Source of the DNA: Leucoraja erinacea
Taxonomy: Eukaryota
Direction: 5' to 3'
DNA: 64,000 nucleotides
Assembly (NCBI RefSeq): GCF_028641065.1
Contig: NC_073398.1
Location: 7,998,001 to 8,062,000, forward strand
The notes under the pieces are model-generated. The model was given only the letters and a program-made list of their open reading frames with translations, did not search any database and was not told the DNA's origin. This document shows positions 39,748-53,206 of the stretch, one piece after another. The position numbers and the translations under genes were made by a program. Numbering within the stretch: position 1 is the stretch's first letter; the number at the start of each line of letters is the position of its first letter.

Positions 39748-40431
39748 AAAGTTTCAAAGGTCCTTTATTGTCACATGTACCAATTAAGGTTCAGTGATAT
39801 GCGAATTACCATACAGCCATAAGCAACAAGACACACAACTACGTAAAAGTTAACATAAACATCCTCCACAGCGGATTCCCCATATTCCTCACTGTGATGG
39901 AAGGCAGAAAAGTCCAATCTTCTTCCTGTTTATTCTCCCGCGATCGGGGAAGTCGAATCATCCGTCGGGGTGATTGAAGCCCCTGCGTCGGAACGATCAA
40001 AGCTCCCACGTTGGGGCGATCGAAGCTCCTGCAGCTTAAGAGTTCTCGAAGTCGGTCTCCGACCAGAGACCGTGAGCTCCGTGATGTTAAGTCCGCAAGC
40101 ATTCACAGTTGGAGCTTCGAGGTCGATCCCTGGCAAAAGGATCGCGGACTCCGTGATGTTAAAGTCCCAAAGGCTCCCCAAGGCAGAGCTCTCAATAATC
40201 GGTCTCCAGCAAAGGCCAACTCCTCGATGTTAGGCTGCAGTGTGGACGGAGATACGATACAGAAAAAAAAACGCATTTCCGTCGAGGTAAGAAATTTGAA
40301 AAAGTTTCCCTCCAAACCCCCCCCCCACATAAAACACGCTAAAGAACATTAAAAACATACATTTAACACATACTAATTAAACACAAAGGGACGGACTGTT
40401 GGCGAGGCAGCCATTGCTGGCGCCACACGGT
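39748..40431 (-). mobile_element. Non-autonomous LINE-dependent element (GC/CpG-rich body, Rex-like 3' tail)
   Basis: Minus-strand 3' end gtgacaataaaggacctttgaaac resembles the Rex tails in this window; the same tail occurs at 27904-27952; no coding capacity. Confidence 0.55.
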
Positions 40432-43145
40432 AATAAAGAACACTCCATTTTCCGAAGCTCTAATTGAGTCTTGCAAAAATATTACGCACCTTTTGGATGC
40501 ACACCAAAGATGATCAAATGTTAGTACATGTCAGTTTAAGGAAATCACTATATATTAAATGGTGCTTGACGGATATAAAAAACAAAAACAAAAAAATTTG
40601 GTTAGTGGGATGGATGCCATTTCCACAAACTTGCCAAGGAACACAAGGAGCTTCAGAAAGTAGTGTACTCAGCTCAGTCCATCCCTTCCATCCATCAAAC
40701 ACGTTGACACGAGACACAGACTCAAGGCAACATCTATTATCAAGGATCCCCACCATCCAGGCCATGCCCTCTTCCCTTAGTTACCATCAGGTAGGGAGTA
40801 TAGGAGCCTGAAATACAATACCACTACTTCACTGCTGTTAGTTGTAAATGAACCAACCTACACAATTCTAAACCCAACTGAAGAACAGAACACAGCCCAT
40901 CTCATGCACTACAATGGATGTAATATTTCCAAATTATGTTATTGCACCAATGTTTTGTTCATTTGCAGACTCATTTATTTTAGAATTGCGCGTATAATTA
41001 ATGTTTAATCTTCCCAACTGGGATGCATACCCATTTCTTCCCTCCCCTCCCCTTCCACCTATATTCCTTCCTCTGGCTTCACAATTCACACTTCTATCCT
41101 TCCTCACCTGTATCCACTTATTACTGACACCCCCCCCCCCCCCCCCCCCATCTGAAGGGTCCTGACACCACCTATCCATGTTTTCCAGTGATACTGACCT
41201 GCTGAGTTACCCCAGCTCTGTCTCTTTTTATTGGAAACCGGCATCTGAAGTTCCTGGTTTCTTTAATTTTTTTCTGTGTGTTTCTCTATGTGATTTTAAT
41301 ACTACTGCATGATTTGTTATTGGACCTGTACCTCAACGTATACATGCATATGAAAATAAACTTATACTTGAACTGATTGTCAATGGATGAGAAATAAAGG
41401 AGTTGAGAGAAGAGAGATTTAATAGGAACTCGAGGAGCAACTTTTTTCTTACACAAATGGTGGCGTGTGTATGCAATGAGCTAACAGAGGAGATAGTTGA
41501 AGCAAGTATTATCATAATGTTTAAAAGACATTTGGACAGGTACATGGATGGGATAGTTTAAGAAGAATATGTGCTAAACACAGACAGGTGAGGTTAGTGT
41601 AGCTTGTGCATGTTGATCAGTGTGGGTAAGTTTGGCCGAAGTGCTTGTTTCCATGCTTATGACTCTTGGCTTGCGTTTAGAAAGTACATTTTGGAATGGC
41701 TGAATTATAGATAACAATTCACCCTGCAAAGCTTCACTGATTAGATTTCTAGAAAGAACAAATGACGTTAGAATACTGCACTGCTCAAGAACCAGCTGGA
41801 TGCTGTAATTGGAAGATAAATGAGATGGTTTACTAGAAATACAAATCAATTGGAATAAAAGGCTTTCCATCCTGAACTGAAATTAAATGTCCATTAATTT
41901 ATTGGTAATACTTAGGCAATTTGTATAGTGTTGAGAAAAAAATATCCTCAGGCTATTCGATTTTGTATTTTAAGAATTGGCAATAAGAGCAATTGGATTT
42001 CAAACAAAATGCTACCATGTAATACTGGAGTATTTTTGGCAAGCAGTCGTAATCTAGCTACTCTGCAAGTTATGAAGAGTCAACAAGGCTTTCCAAAATG
42101 CCCTGCTTGCGACCTGGAGCCAAGAATTTCACAATGGAACAATGCATTTGAAATAATGGCTCACTGTTGAACAATGTGAACAGATAGAGCAACCAATCCT
42201 TTATTATTAGCCACTTATAATTTTTTTTTATAAGAGAAACAAGACAGCATGTCAGTATTCAAAACCAAACAACTAATTAGATTACTTCCTATCCCTTGTT
42301 CCAGGGAGAGCGTTTGGCCTTAAAAGGGCTTCTAAAATCATAACGGCATAGAGTGCACGGTTGCAGTCTTTTTCCCAGCATTGGCTGGATGCTCGATCAA
42401 TGCAAATCACCTTGAAGCCTCTGTACCCTCTTCATAATCCCACCACATGTGTGTCATCAACAAGGGTTAAAATATTATTCTTTGTTCCCTCAAACAAAAT
42501 CAATGCTACTGCTGCAAATGCTTGCATACTTGGGGAACGAGTAAAACCTTTCAGGCAAGGAAAAACACAAACTAAAACCCACATTATAAATACACTTAAA
42601 TTAACATTATTTTAACCAGATGGGTCAATTTCAACATTACTTTATGCTGTACTACATAGCTAAATGTTCCCATAGAAACAAACTAAAATTTATTAATTGT
42701 TGAAAAGCACTCCAATCATACAATTAGGATATGCAATTACGATAAGTACACATCTACAATTCTCATGACATTTAACATTAAACAATCTACTCAGCTTTGT
42801 ATTGAAAACATTCCAAAAAATTAAGCAAAGTGGTGTTTTTAAAACATTAAAACGAAAAATGGTGGGCTTCTGCTTTATATATTTTATTTCCTTCTGGGAA
42901 GAACAGTGCACAATGCACATTTAAAAACTTTTCATCCTAGAATATCACAATTATTCCTACATCAGAAAAAAAAACAATATAGACTAATGTTATTGAAATC
43001 ATACTGAAGTAGGAGAGAAAATGGGGAAAACTTAATTCCACTGCTGCCCTTGGATAACTACATCACGTTTAAGAAATCCACAGAATAATGTGTGTAATAT
43101 TGAACATCTTGAGAGCAAGTAAAAAGGACATGGACCAAACAAATT

Positions 43146-43800
43146 ACCCTATTTCCCGGCAATGAAGACGTACCTGCATCGAAGACGCACCCCCAATTTG
43201 AGTTGCTAAATTTTGAAAAAAGGATGGCGGGACGTAGAATTTCTCATGCTCAAAAATAAATAAATAAATAAGGGGGTGCCAATTCAAATTGCCCAAGGCT
43301 TCCAGATCTCTTCCATTCTAAGTGACTGAATGGGTGGGGGGTGACGGCAGGTGGAGAGATGGTGGGGAAAACGGAAGCACACCGGAACAAGTCTAATAAG
43401 TTGTGATCTTATTGAATGGCAATACTAGTTCAAGGGACCAATTGAGGTTACTCGCGCTGACACAGGAGTAAGCTCTACCGCCCGCTGTCCTGTTATCCAT
43501 CGCCTGCTGACCCGCTCCGCTCTATGATCTTGAAAGACACGGACCGGGCAGTGAATGCCATGCAGTGTCACCCAGCGCAGCAAATGAGGCCATGTCCTGC
43601 TCCCGGCGACAGTCGTAATATAAGGATGGCGGGAAGCAGCTGACATAAGCGAGTCCGGCGAGCGGCAGGAGAGAGGTGTTCAGACGGAGAGCACTGCCAT
43701 AGGTGAGCAGGCCGGCAGAAGGCACTGAGGTGGTGGCCGGTTTCACTGTCGCGTTCCGGTGGCCGCTCGCAGCCACCCGAGCTACTTCCCACCCTGGCAA
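43146..43800. mobile_element. Probable pogo/Tigger-like transposon remnant with GC-rich interior
   Basis: taccctatttcccggc...aagacg...aagacgcacc resembles a pogo-type TIR; no partner TIR found. Confidence 0.4.
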
Positions 43801-45089
43801 CAATGTAAATAGATGTCAATATGATCTATAGTGGCAAAGTTCCATTTATATTAATTTGCTTTATTTTGCATATGGTAATATAAAGATTGATGCAAAAATA
43901 TGTAGTAAATAAGCTCCAATATTACCAAGTTGTACATTTGCTATCATAACATCTTGACAGAGCTTTTGGTTTGTGATTCCTGTCTCTGGTTACCAGGTTT
44001 TAGTTTCCTTTTGGGTAAATTGGGGGAAATGATGGTGGAGCTAATAAACTTAAAATTAGCATGAGGTTAGCATACCTGGGTATCATTCAGAATGCATCCA
44101 GTAAAATTTCCACATTTGCTGATGTCGATATGGACTTAGACATTTGACAAGGTTCCACACTGTGTACTGGTCAAAAAGTTAAAGCATGTGGGATAAAAGG
44201 CAATCTGGCTACTTGGATCCAAAATTGGGTTGCTAATTAGAGGCAGAGGGTGGTGACAGAAAGATGCTTTTGTGATTGGCAGTCTGCGACTAGTAGTGCA
44301 TCACCAAAATCAGCGCTGGGACCCTTGCGTTTGCGATTCAGGCTACTAACTTGGACATGAATGTATGAGGTATGATTATTGACATTAGTTTATTATCGTA
44401 ACATTTACCAAGATCACATGAAAAACTACGTTCATAAGGCATGCAAGCAGAATTAGGCCATTCCGAGTCTGCCCCGCAATTTGATCATGTCGATCTACTT
44501 TTCCCTCAACCCATTCTCCTGCCTTCTCTTCATAACCTTTGACACTCTAACCAAGCAGGAACTTATCTCTACTTTAAAAATATCCAATGACTTGGACTGC
44601 TGTCTGTGGCAATGAATTCCACAGATTCACCACCCTCTGGCTGTAGAAATTCCTCATCTTCATTAATTTGCACACTATCATGTCAAATAATAATATGCAC
44701 ATGTACAATCAAGCTACACACAAATAGAACAGGTAGCACAAAGTGAAAAGTACCAGCGTGCAGAATAGTTCTACAGCATTATAGCATTACAGCTTGAGAA
44801 AGTGCAGATTATCTAAATGCGCAAAAGCCACAACGTGCTCGGTTGGATTATCAGGATTACATCCAGGTTTAAAAGACCGTTCAGTCGTCTGATAACAGTA
44901 AGGAAGCAGCTGTTCCCAAATCTGGTGGAATGGGCATTTTCTGCCCGATCAGAGAAGGCAGACGAGAGAATGGAGGAGTGTAAAATGGTCCTTCACTGTG
45001 TTGTTATAATGTCGCAATTGTTGGTGGCATTGTGGAAAGTTGTCTATGGCTACAGCAGATAAAGTAGAAAGTTGGGAGTAACGTTTGCA

Positions 45090-46005
45090 GATGATATATT
45101 TTGATAAGTTAAACAGAAATAGGACATGTACAGTAAATAGGGTGTAAGAAATATTGATGAACAGGGGAATCTTGGGGTTCTGCTCCACAGTTACCTAAAA
45201 TTGACAGCTCTGGTAGACAAGGGCAGCATACAGCATGCTTAGCTTCACAGAGCAGGGCACAGAATATAAAAGTTGGGCCATTATGTTACAATCTTACTTA
45301 ACACTGGTTGGACCATATTAGGAATAGTGCATGCAGTTCTGGTCTTTACAGTACAACAAGAAAGAGAATGCAGTAGACAAGAACAAAGCATGGCAGGTAA
45401 ATTGGATGCTGTGCCACAGTTGTATACAATGTGGGTCAAGACACCCTTGGAAGTATTGTGTTTAGCTTTGATCACTGCTGTAGGAAAGATGCCACTAGAT
45501 GAAGGAGTGCAGAAAAGATTTACAACAATGTTCCCAGGACTCAAGGGACTGAGTTATAGGGAGAAGTCGAGTAGGCTAGGTCTCTATACCTAGATACGCA
45601 AGACGTTGAGGGTTGATCTTATGGAGGTGTATAAAATTATGAGGGTAGAGATAGGGTGAATACACAATCTAGAGGAATCAAGAACTAGAGTTCATAGGTT
45701 TAAGGTGAGCGGGGAACGGTCAGGGAGCGAGGCTGTCTTACTCGCTCTGAGTTACTCTAGCACTTTGTCTTTTCCTTGTTTCTAAGTGCCAGGGGGACAA
45801 CCTTTTCCACACAGAGGGTGGTACATGTATGGAATGTGCTGGCAGAGCAAGTGGTTCAAGCAGATGCAATCACATTTGGACAGGTACATGGGTTGGAAAG
45901 GTTTAGATGGTAATGGGCCGAACACAGGCAAACAAGACTAGTTTGGATGGGTATGGATCAGTTGGGCCGCAGAGCTTGTTTCTGTGCTGTATAGCTCTAC
46001 AACTC
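45090..46005 (+). mobile_element. Old CR1 remnants with a small pLTR piece
   Basis: EGVQKRFTTMFPGLKGLSYRE and a CR1 3' UTR. Confidence 0.65.
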
Positions 46006-46782
46006 TTTAATAAGCCTTTCTTAAGAGAAAGCAGTTATAACAACTGCCAGGTGATTCAAACCGGTGAGTCACAAGCGGGACAGCTACTTTTTCACTTTGC
46101 CTACAGCAATGTACACCGTTTGTAGCTACAATGCAAACATCCTTCCATAAGAATCATGATACTATTATCTGCAACAATCCTACGGACCTAAAAACCAAGT
46201 AACCTTTAAATACAATACCAACAAAAGGATACAGGGTGGGTGCCCGGTGGTGAATGACTCACCATCTGACTCTCTAAAGAAGCAAGTCATGAAGTAAGTC
46301 ATGTCGACAAACTATTTGCTTGGTTGTGCACTCAAGCACCTTAGCCCAGTGCAGGCATACATTGGGGGTATTCCAGGAAAGTGGTAATTTCAAATTAATA
46401 GATTTAAAAAAAAATACTAATCGCTAAAATATTGATTTGAATGACCAAATCACAGAACATTTGATAGCTCCAACAGAGACAGAAAGTCGAGAAATTTGAG
46501 AAACCAAACATTTCAAGAATAGGTTAAAAGAAATAGAGCAAGATGGGCATACTGCAGAAACTAGCTTGAAAATAAAACAGCAAGTACTGGCAATTGTTAT
46601 CAATCATGCTTAAAAATATCAAATTACAACTATAACAATTTAAACTAAGGGTTCAATAGCATGCAATATTGGACATCAACTTCATAGTTAATTTAGATTT
46701 TGAATCGCATGATTATGAAAAGGATTCAGCATCACCAATTTTCAACCAATTCTAAATATTTAAAGAACAGTTATCAAATCCA

Positions 46783-46915
46783 GTGCGTGGGAAAGAACTG
46801 CAGATACTGGTTTAAATCGAAAGTGGACACAAAATGCTGGAGTAACTCAGCGGGTCAGGCAGTATCTCTGGAGAGAAGAAATGGGTGACGTTTCGGGTGG
46901 AGACCCTTCTTCAGG
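46783..46915 (-). mobile_element. Solo 133-bp pLTR mini-element with intact minimal hammerhead core
   Basis: Perfect 15-bp TSD cagttatcaaatcca (46768-46782, 46916-46930); minus strand begins cCTGAAGA-a-gggt-ctcc-accc-GAAA-CGTC. Confidence 0.88.
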
Positions 46916-47697
46916 CAGTTATCAAATCCACTCCAGCTTTGATCAAAAAAAAAAATATTGTTTCAATCTCTGTTTATCAAGGATTCAGCAGCATACCATG
47001 TAGCAGATAACCAACTTTACTTTTACTAATCACAATTAAATAGGAAATCTGATACGTCCCATACAGCTAACTGCATTTAGAAAGCAAAATGGAAAGGAGG
47101 GATCAAAAAAGTAAATTTCCCTACTGGAAGAATGGATATAAAAACAAATCAAATCATACTCAGGCATCCAAAAACGAAGTGAACCATCAATGACATATCT
47201 GCAAGACAGATCTTAACAGGAGTGAACTGATACAGACAATTTAACAAAGGTCACATGGAATCATGCAAAAGATTTGGTTCAATCTTTCAATTTGATTAAT
47301 GATCTGGTATTTTTCTAGGGATATTACATATCACTCAGAGCATGCTACCCACTAGCTCCATAACACAAGGTGCCTTAAAATACATGTGTTTGCAGTGAGA
47401 AAAGGGCAAGGGGAGGGGAAATAAAGAACACACAGCAAAACATTTTGCTTAATGCAGCCCCAACATGGTTTGGCACAGAACTCATTGGCAGCAAATTCAA
47501 AACATCAAATATAAGAGGAACCCAAACTAGAATCAAGCAATTTATACAAAAGAACATAGGTGGCAAATAAACAATTTGTAAAATAATCGTTCATAATAGT
47601 TCAAGCAAGCACCACTGAACCGTATTATAGAATAATTACATTTTATCTTGATTCTTAGCTATCCAAATGCATAGGAATAAGGAGAAAAAAAACAGAC

Positions 47698-47902
47698 CCC
47701 TCCACGTTGCCCATCCACATGAATTGAACGGATGTGATCTGCCAAATCTGGACTGGAGCAGAAACTGTTCTGGCATTGGTCCCAACAGCAGTTGTAAGTG
47801 ATATTCTTTCCTGAAGTAGTGCTTCCATGCCCATTTATCAGCGCTGGAGTAGAGCGTCCGCTGGAGATAGTACTGTCCATATCCATTAAGGTGCTGCTGA
47901 TA
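47698..47902 (-). CDS. AEBP2: AEBP2 coding exon (human exon 2 equivalent), C2H2 zinc finger 1
   Basis: Translates [68 protein letters not shown], recognisable as vertebrate AEBP2. Acceptor tctcttcaaAG, donor GTctgt, 205 nt, ends in phase 0. Confidence 0.96.
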
Positions 47903-48510
47903 CTTTGAAGAGAAAGCAGTATTTTTAATAGACTGCAAGGTAATCACATCTACAATCCAAATACTGTATTTATTTCCCATTCTTGATATGACTGCACCGA
48001 GCAAACTGAACAGCCAAAGCTAGCTTCTGGATATCATGCCCCAATGCCTGGGACAGCAAACTTCGCGGAGTAACCATAAGAGGGATTGAATCACTCAAAA
48101 TCCTGGGAACAAATAGGTTCCATTCCACGACGCCTAGACTGTAAAAATCAAACTTGTGAATCGATACAAAGTGGCACTGAAACTTGTGCAATTGAAATAT
48201 TCCCCCCCAAAAATTGAAGGAACTTAAATGCTGTTAAGTAGAATAAAAAATTAAGGCAAACTTAAAATTGTGACTGTCTAATTGAAGACTATTTTGGCAG
48301 ATCCTTAAAATTACAAACAAGGAGAGAGTCAATAGTCAAATGATTCAGGTATTGGTTTACCCTTGCCATGTGCACCGAGCGACAGCGAAGGTGTCCAGGA
48401 CAAAATGATAATTAATTTGTCAAGAAATATCTATTTTCCCCTCAAATGGATCCATTGCAGGCTTAAAATTTCCAGCAAACTACTATCTCTTTAGAATATC
48501 TACGAATGAC

Positions 48511-50245
48511 CAGACCAAGTGCGGACCCGTTGGGCCCGGTCCCCCAAGGCAATATTACACTACTGACCCATAGCCCCCAGCTGCGCAGGCGCGGCTGACG
48601 GGTTCCCGTTGTGACACAAGTCACGGCACACCTCCCCCAACTGCGCAGGCACGGCCAGCAAGTGGGAGCGCGACTGCAACATTTTTAAAGTTCAAAATGG
48701 CAATAACCTGTAAAATATAAGATCAATGTGAACGCATCTCACTCTCCCTCTTCAGTCCCCTATTCCCCTCCTCCATTATCCTCCCTCCACCAACCCTCCT
48801 CTGCTTGCTCCCCTCACCCCCTCCTCCCTCTTCTTCCCAGGATTACCTAGCCATCCCTCGTCCTACCCTTATCCTTCTCATCCCCCAGCACTCCCTCCCC
48901 CTCCTCCTCTTCACCCTCTCCTCCTCCCCTCCGTCACTCCCTCCCTACCCCCTCCTCTCTATCTCCCTGCTCCCCCACTCCACACCTCCCCATCCCATCC
49001 CACTCCCCCTCCTCACCTACCTCCTCACCCCCCCCCCCACCTCTCCCTCCTCCCTCTCCTTCCCTCACCCCCCTCCTCCCCCTTAATACCCCCTTCTCCC
49101 CAGTGTATGTGTGTGCGTGTGTGTGTGTGTGTGTGTGTGCGTGTGCGTGCGTGTGTGTGTATAACTGTTGCTGAAAAAAGGAAACTTAGACTTAGGAACA
49201 TGTCAATGCAAAAAAAAATTCTGCAATACAAAACAGTTAATATGAACAGCATGTTATAATCTAGCAATTTCTTTGGTTAATCTCCAGGAATCAATGCTGC
49301 ATAGAGTACATTTAATCTCTGGAAGGTTAACTTTGACTACTTTTGATGGATTCATTGTTTCTTTCTCAATAGATACGGCCTCCATCCATTGGGGGGGGGG
49401 GGGGGGGGGGGGCTGCGACGTCACAAACACACATACTAACCCCTCCCCCCCCCCTTGATATTATATGAATATTATTTATTTGCTCCTTTTCACCCATCCC
49501 GCCCTATCCACTCACGCATAGCTCCCAACTGCACAGGCGTGGTTAGAGAGGGAGAGGGGTAGAGAGGGCAAAGAGCGAGGGGTAGAGGGGGTAGAGAGTG
49601 AGGAGTAGAGAGTGAGGGGTAGAGAGTGAGGGGTAGAGGGGGGCACAGAGGGAGGGGGGGCAGAGAGGGAGTGGGGCAGAGAGGGAGGGGGCAGAGAGGG
49701 AGGGGGCAGAGAGGGAGGGCGACTTGTTCTATTTGATCTTATTTGATTGTGCACGCCGTTGATTATATCCGTGGAAACACGTGAAGCTGCAAACTCCCAC
49801 CGTCCCATTGTGATGTCATATGTAAATGAGATCCATTGTGATTGGACGTCTGTGAGATGGCACTGTGACATCATCAATGGAAAGTGCTGCAAGAGTCTCC
49901 CACTGAAAAGCAGTTAATTTTTTGAAATAAACGATTAAAACTTTTAAAAAACTTCGGAAATATAGGGTGGAAATGCGACGGGGAGATGTTTATCCCATTG
50001 AGGGAAAAATGTGAGTAGCGTGTGTGAAAATGGGAAGGCTGTGGCCAAGCGTTTTGGAAGAAGATACAAATTAAGGAGATTAAAAGAAACCAACATAACA
50101 CTGCATACACACAGAAATTTAGAATGTTGAGAACAAAGGAAAGAGTTTTAGTATAAAATTAAACCAAGGGGGACCCGTTGGGTCCCGTCCCCTCAAAGCA
50201 CGGTTGGGAGGGGGGGGGGGGGGGGGGTGCTGCGGCATGGCCACA
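48511..50245 (+). mobile_element. Probable non-autonomous Helitron/Helentron-like element with internal simple repeats and the start of a tandem second copy
   Basis: 5' accaag plus palindrome g(g)acccgttggg(t/c)cc at ~48516-48540, repeated at ~50162-50186. Interior has C-rich, (GT)n, poly-G and GA tracts; no TIR or TSD. Class is inferred. Confidence 0.5.
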
Positions 50246-52806
50246 CATGAAAAATAGAAAACTACAGGCCAGACAGCATGTTTGGATAACATGGATAGGT
50301 CAAGATCCTTCTTCAGACTGTTTGTAGGGAGAAGAAAGCTGGAAAATGGGAGAGGCAAGCAAACTAAGGGAATGGGAGTGCCATTCCCATTCCCTTAATT
50401 TTGTTTTAGCAGAATCTGAAACACTGATCTTTCAAGCCCAGATCGTTCCCACGCTGCTCAACAATGCCTTGGGTAGCAGCGTCTCAAAAGTGAAAAATGC
50501 TCCTGGCAAAAAGGTTGGGAATATCTTGCCACATAATCTGATAGCTCTGTAATGAAAAGGAGCACAAACTGCTGATTTTAAACTTGCATCAATATTCACT
50601 TGAACATTGATTGCAACTTTATATCCGTTCTGAACTTCACATTGACTCCGTAAGTGCATTTTATTTTTCAAACTTACGCCTGATTTAATCGTACTATCAC
50701 GCAATTCGTCGCTGTTGCTTTTTCCTCCTCATCTTACAAACAGAACAAATTACACTTATTCAAACAAAAATCAATTCAGGAAGGCGTTTTGTGCAATGGT
50801 GTTGTTACCAATAACGAAACTATTGTGGTTTCAAATGCACCTTCAAATGCACCCGATTTTGTTCCTTCCATTTAAAAAAAAATGGAGCCATACAAAAACT
50901 GAGCTTAAAAAACTGAGATGATAGCACAAAAATTGATTCAATACCTCAATTCACTTTTAGTTTCGTAGTAGCTCTTTGGCATTTAAAATCCACTCTAAGT
51001 GAGCTCCAGTTTCTACATTCCCATCAGAAAGATACACAGATGGAAAGTTTGTCTCCAAGAAAGCACAATCTTTCTTGTAACAAATATCGGGTTCCTATAA
51101 TTTTAATTCAAACTTAATTAAAACCCAAGTGGGAGTAATAAATACTATGAGTAATACACATACTGATTAGAATCTTGAACATGAATTGGAGATCTCCACC
51201 AGGTGCCAGCTAATGCGCATGCTCTATGGAAATTACATTTCTTCATGCTTCCTTTCAGCAGATTACTGCTCTTGCAAACCAACTGACTGTTTAAAAAGCC
51301 ACTAAGTAAAATGTGTGTAATTGAGAGTGCCAAGTACACTTAAAAATTCCAATAATGGGAAATGCTGCCAATCAAGCGAGCACAGAAGATGAATAAATGC
51401 GAACCCACATTCCTTTGAGAATTGCAGAATTCACATCAAATTAAAAAATGCAATCTCCTCAATATCCATTTTTGTGGAGTTCTAATAGGTTAAAGAGAAG
51501 TAGAACAAAGGAAAATGCAGTCCAGTCAAATAGTAATCTGGATGCAAACAAGGCGAAGTCTAACCAAGTTGTAATTTGTTGCAGCGCACAATAAGATGCA
51601 GGAACATTGCGAGTTCACCTGCATCTCTGGGGTGAAAAGAATCGGCAATGTTTTGAGTTGAAACTTTCCAACAGGACTCAGAGGAGAGGGAAGATGGCCA
51701 GTATAAACATAGCCAGACCCGCCAAGTACCTCCAGCAGATTGTCTGTGACCCGATTCTAGAATTTGCAGTCTCTTGCATCTCCAATTTACTTTTTACGTA
51801 CTGCAAAATCAAATAGGCAGATACGGCACAAAGAAAAATAAGGAAATCTAATATAATTAAGGACAGTCGAGTTACAATGAGGTATGGGATGATGAAAAAA
51901 TGATTTGCTTCATCATTAAGGTAAATGAAACGGCAATTATGCCAACATGCTTATTATTATTATTATTATTATTATTAGATGTTATATGCAAAATTCAGCA
52001 TGCATTTACATTTTTAAAAGCAAAGCAGTGGAGAATATGAACACAAGGATCAGCAAGAATGTTACAAGAAATGAGAAGATATGTGAGAGGACACTGAACA
52101 TTTGGGCCTCTTACCTCCAGTAAAAAGGGTCATCTGATTACACACATTCATAATTTTAAAAAGGTTAAAGTGGACAGAAAGAAATTTGTGGTTTTGAAAG
52201 TGCAGCCAAGAGCTGTAGTCGAGTGACAAAACAATTCCAAATATTGAAGATGGTGGGATTATTTTATTTCTGTAAACGTATATACTTGTCAAGCTGATAT
52301 TCTAAACTATTCCCAAAATGAATGTTCATTTCAGAGGTCAGCTAGATTTTAAAAATTCTGTGGACAAAGTACACGTATGTGCTATTGGCCAAACAAGGAA
52401 GATTGGCAGATTGACAGACACTAAATGCTGGAGTAAGTTAGCAGGTCAGGCAGTATCTTCCATCACCTGCAACGGCATTAGTCACATCTTCCCATCTCCA
52501 TCCCTCTTCATCATCTGTAGAGACTACTCCCTTCGCAACTCCATGATTCACCATTCCTTCTAAACCGCCCTGTCTCCAGGTACTTTCCCCTACAACCACA
52601 GGTGATGTAACACCTGTCCATATAGCACCTCACTGCTATGGTCCCACAATAGTCATTGAACATTCACCTCCACGAACCCTCACCTACTGCACAAAGTGAT
52701 CCCAACGTGGCCTCCTATACATTGGCGAGACCAAGGATAGACTCGGTAACCATTTTGCTAAACTATGGCATTCAGTCCAAGACGAACAAGACCTCACAGT
52801 AGCTTA

Positions 52807-53101
52807 AGGGGCTGTCCCACTGTACGAGATAATTCAAGAGTTCCCCCGAGTTCCCCCTGATTTGAACTCGGATAATTATGGTAATAGCCGCTCGTAGGTA
52901 CTCGGGACTCTCGTGGACATCATGTTGAAAAATCTTCACGAGTCTTTCCCCGAGTACCTGCTGTTAGCGTTACGAACCGTTAAGAGACGTCCCTAGCTCC
53001 TACGTACCCGCTACGTACATTCTACGTGCTTACCACGAGTCTGATTTTTTTTTTAAACTCGGGAGAGCTCTTGAATTAGCTCTTACAGTGGGACCGCCCC
53101 T
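52807..53101. mobile_element. MITE with long TIRs (Harbinger-like termini), TA-flanked
   Basis: ~45-bp imperfect TIRs aggggctgtcccactgtacgagataattcaagagtt... / ...gctcttgaattagctcttacagtgggaccgcccct; the host Penelope sequence resumes after a duplicated TA. Confidence 0.8.
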
Positions 53102-53206
53102 TACCATTTTAACTCCCCTTCCCATTCCATCGATGACCGTTCGGTCCTGGGCCTCCTCCATTGCCAGAGCAAAGCCACATGCAAACCGGATGAACAGCAC
53201 CTCATA

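Noticed and set aside
47903-48191. ORFs overlapping or upstream of exon 2 (47636-48004, 47970-48191)
   Set aside because: Not in the AEBP2 frame and no recognisable homology; treated as intronic.
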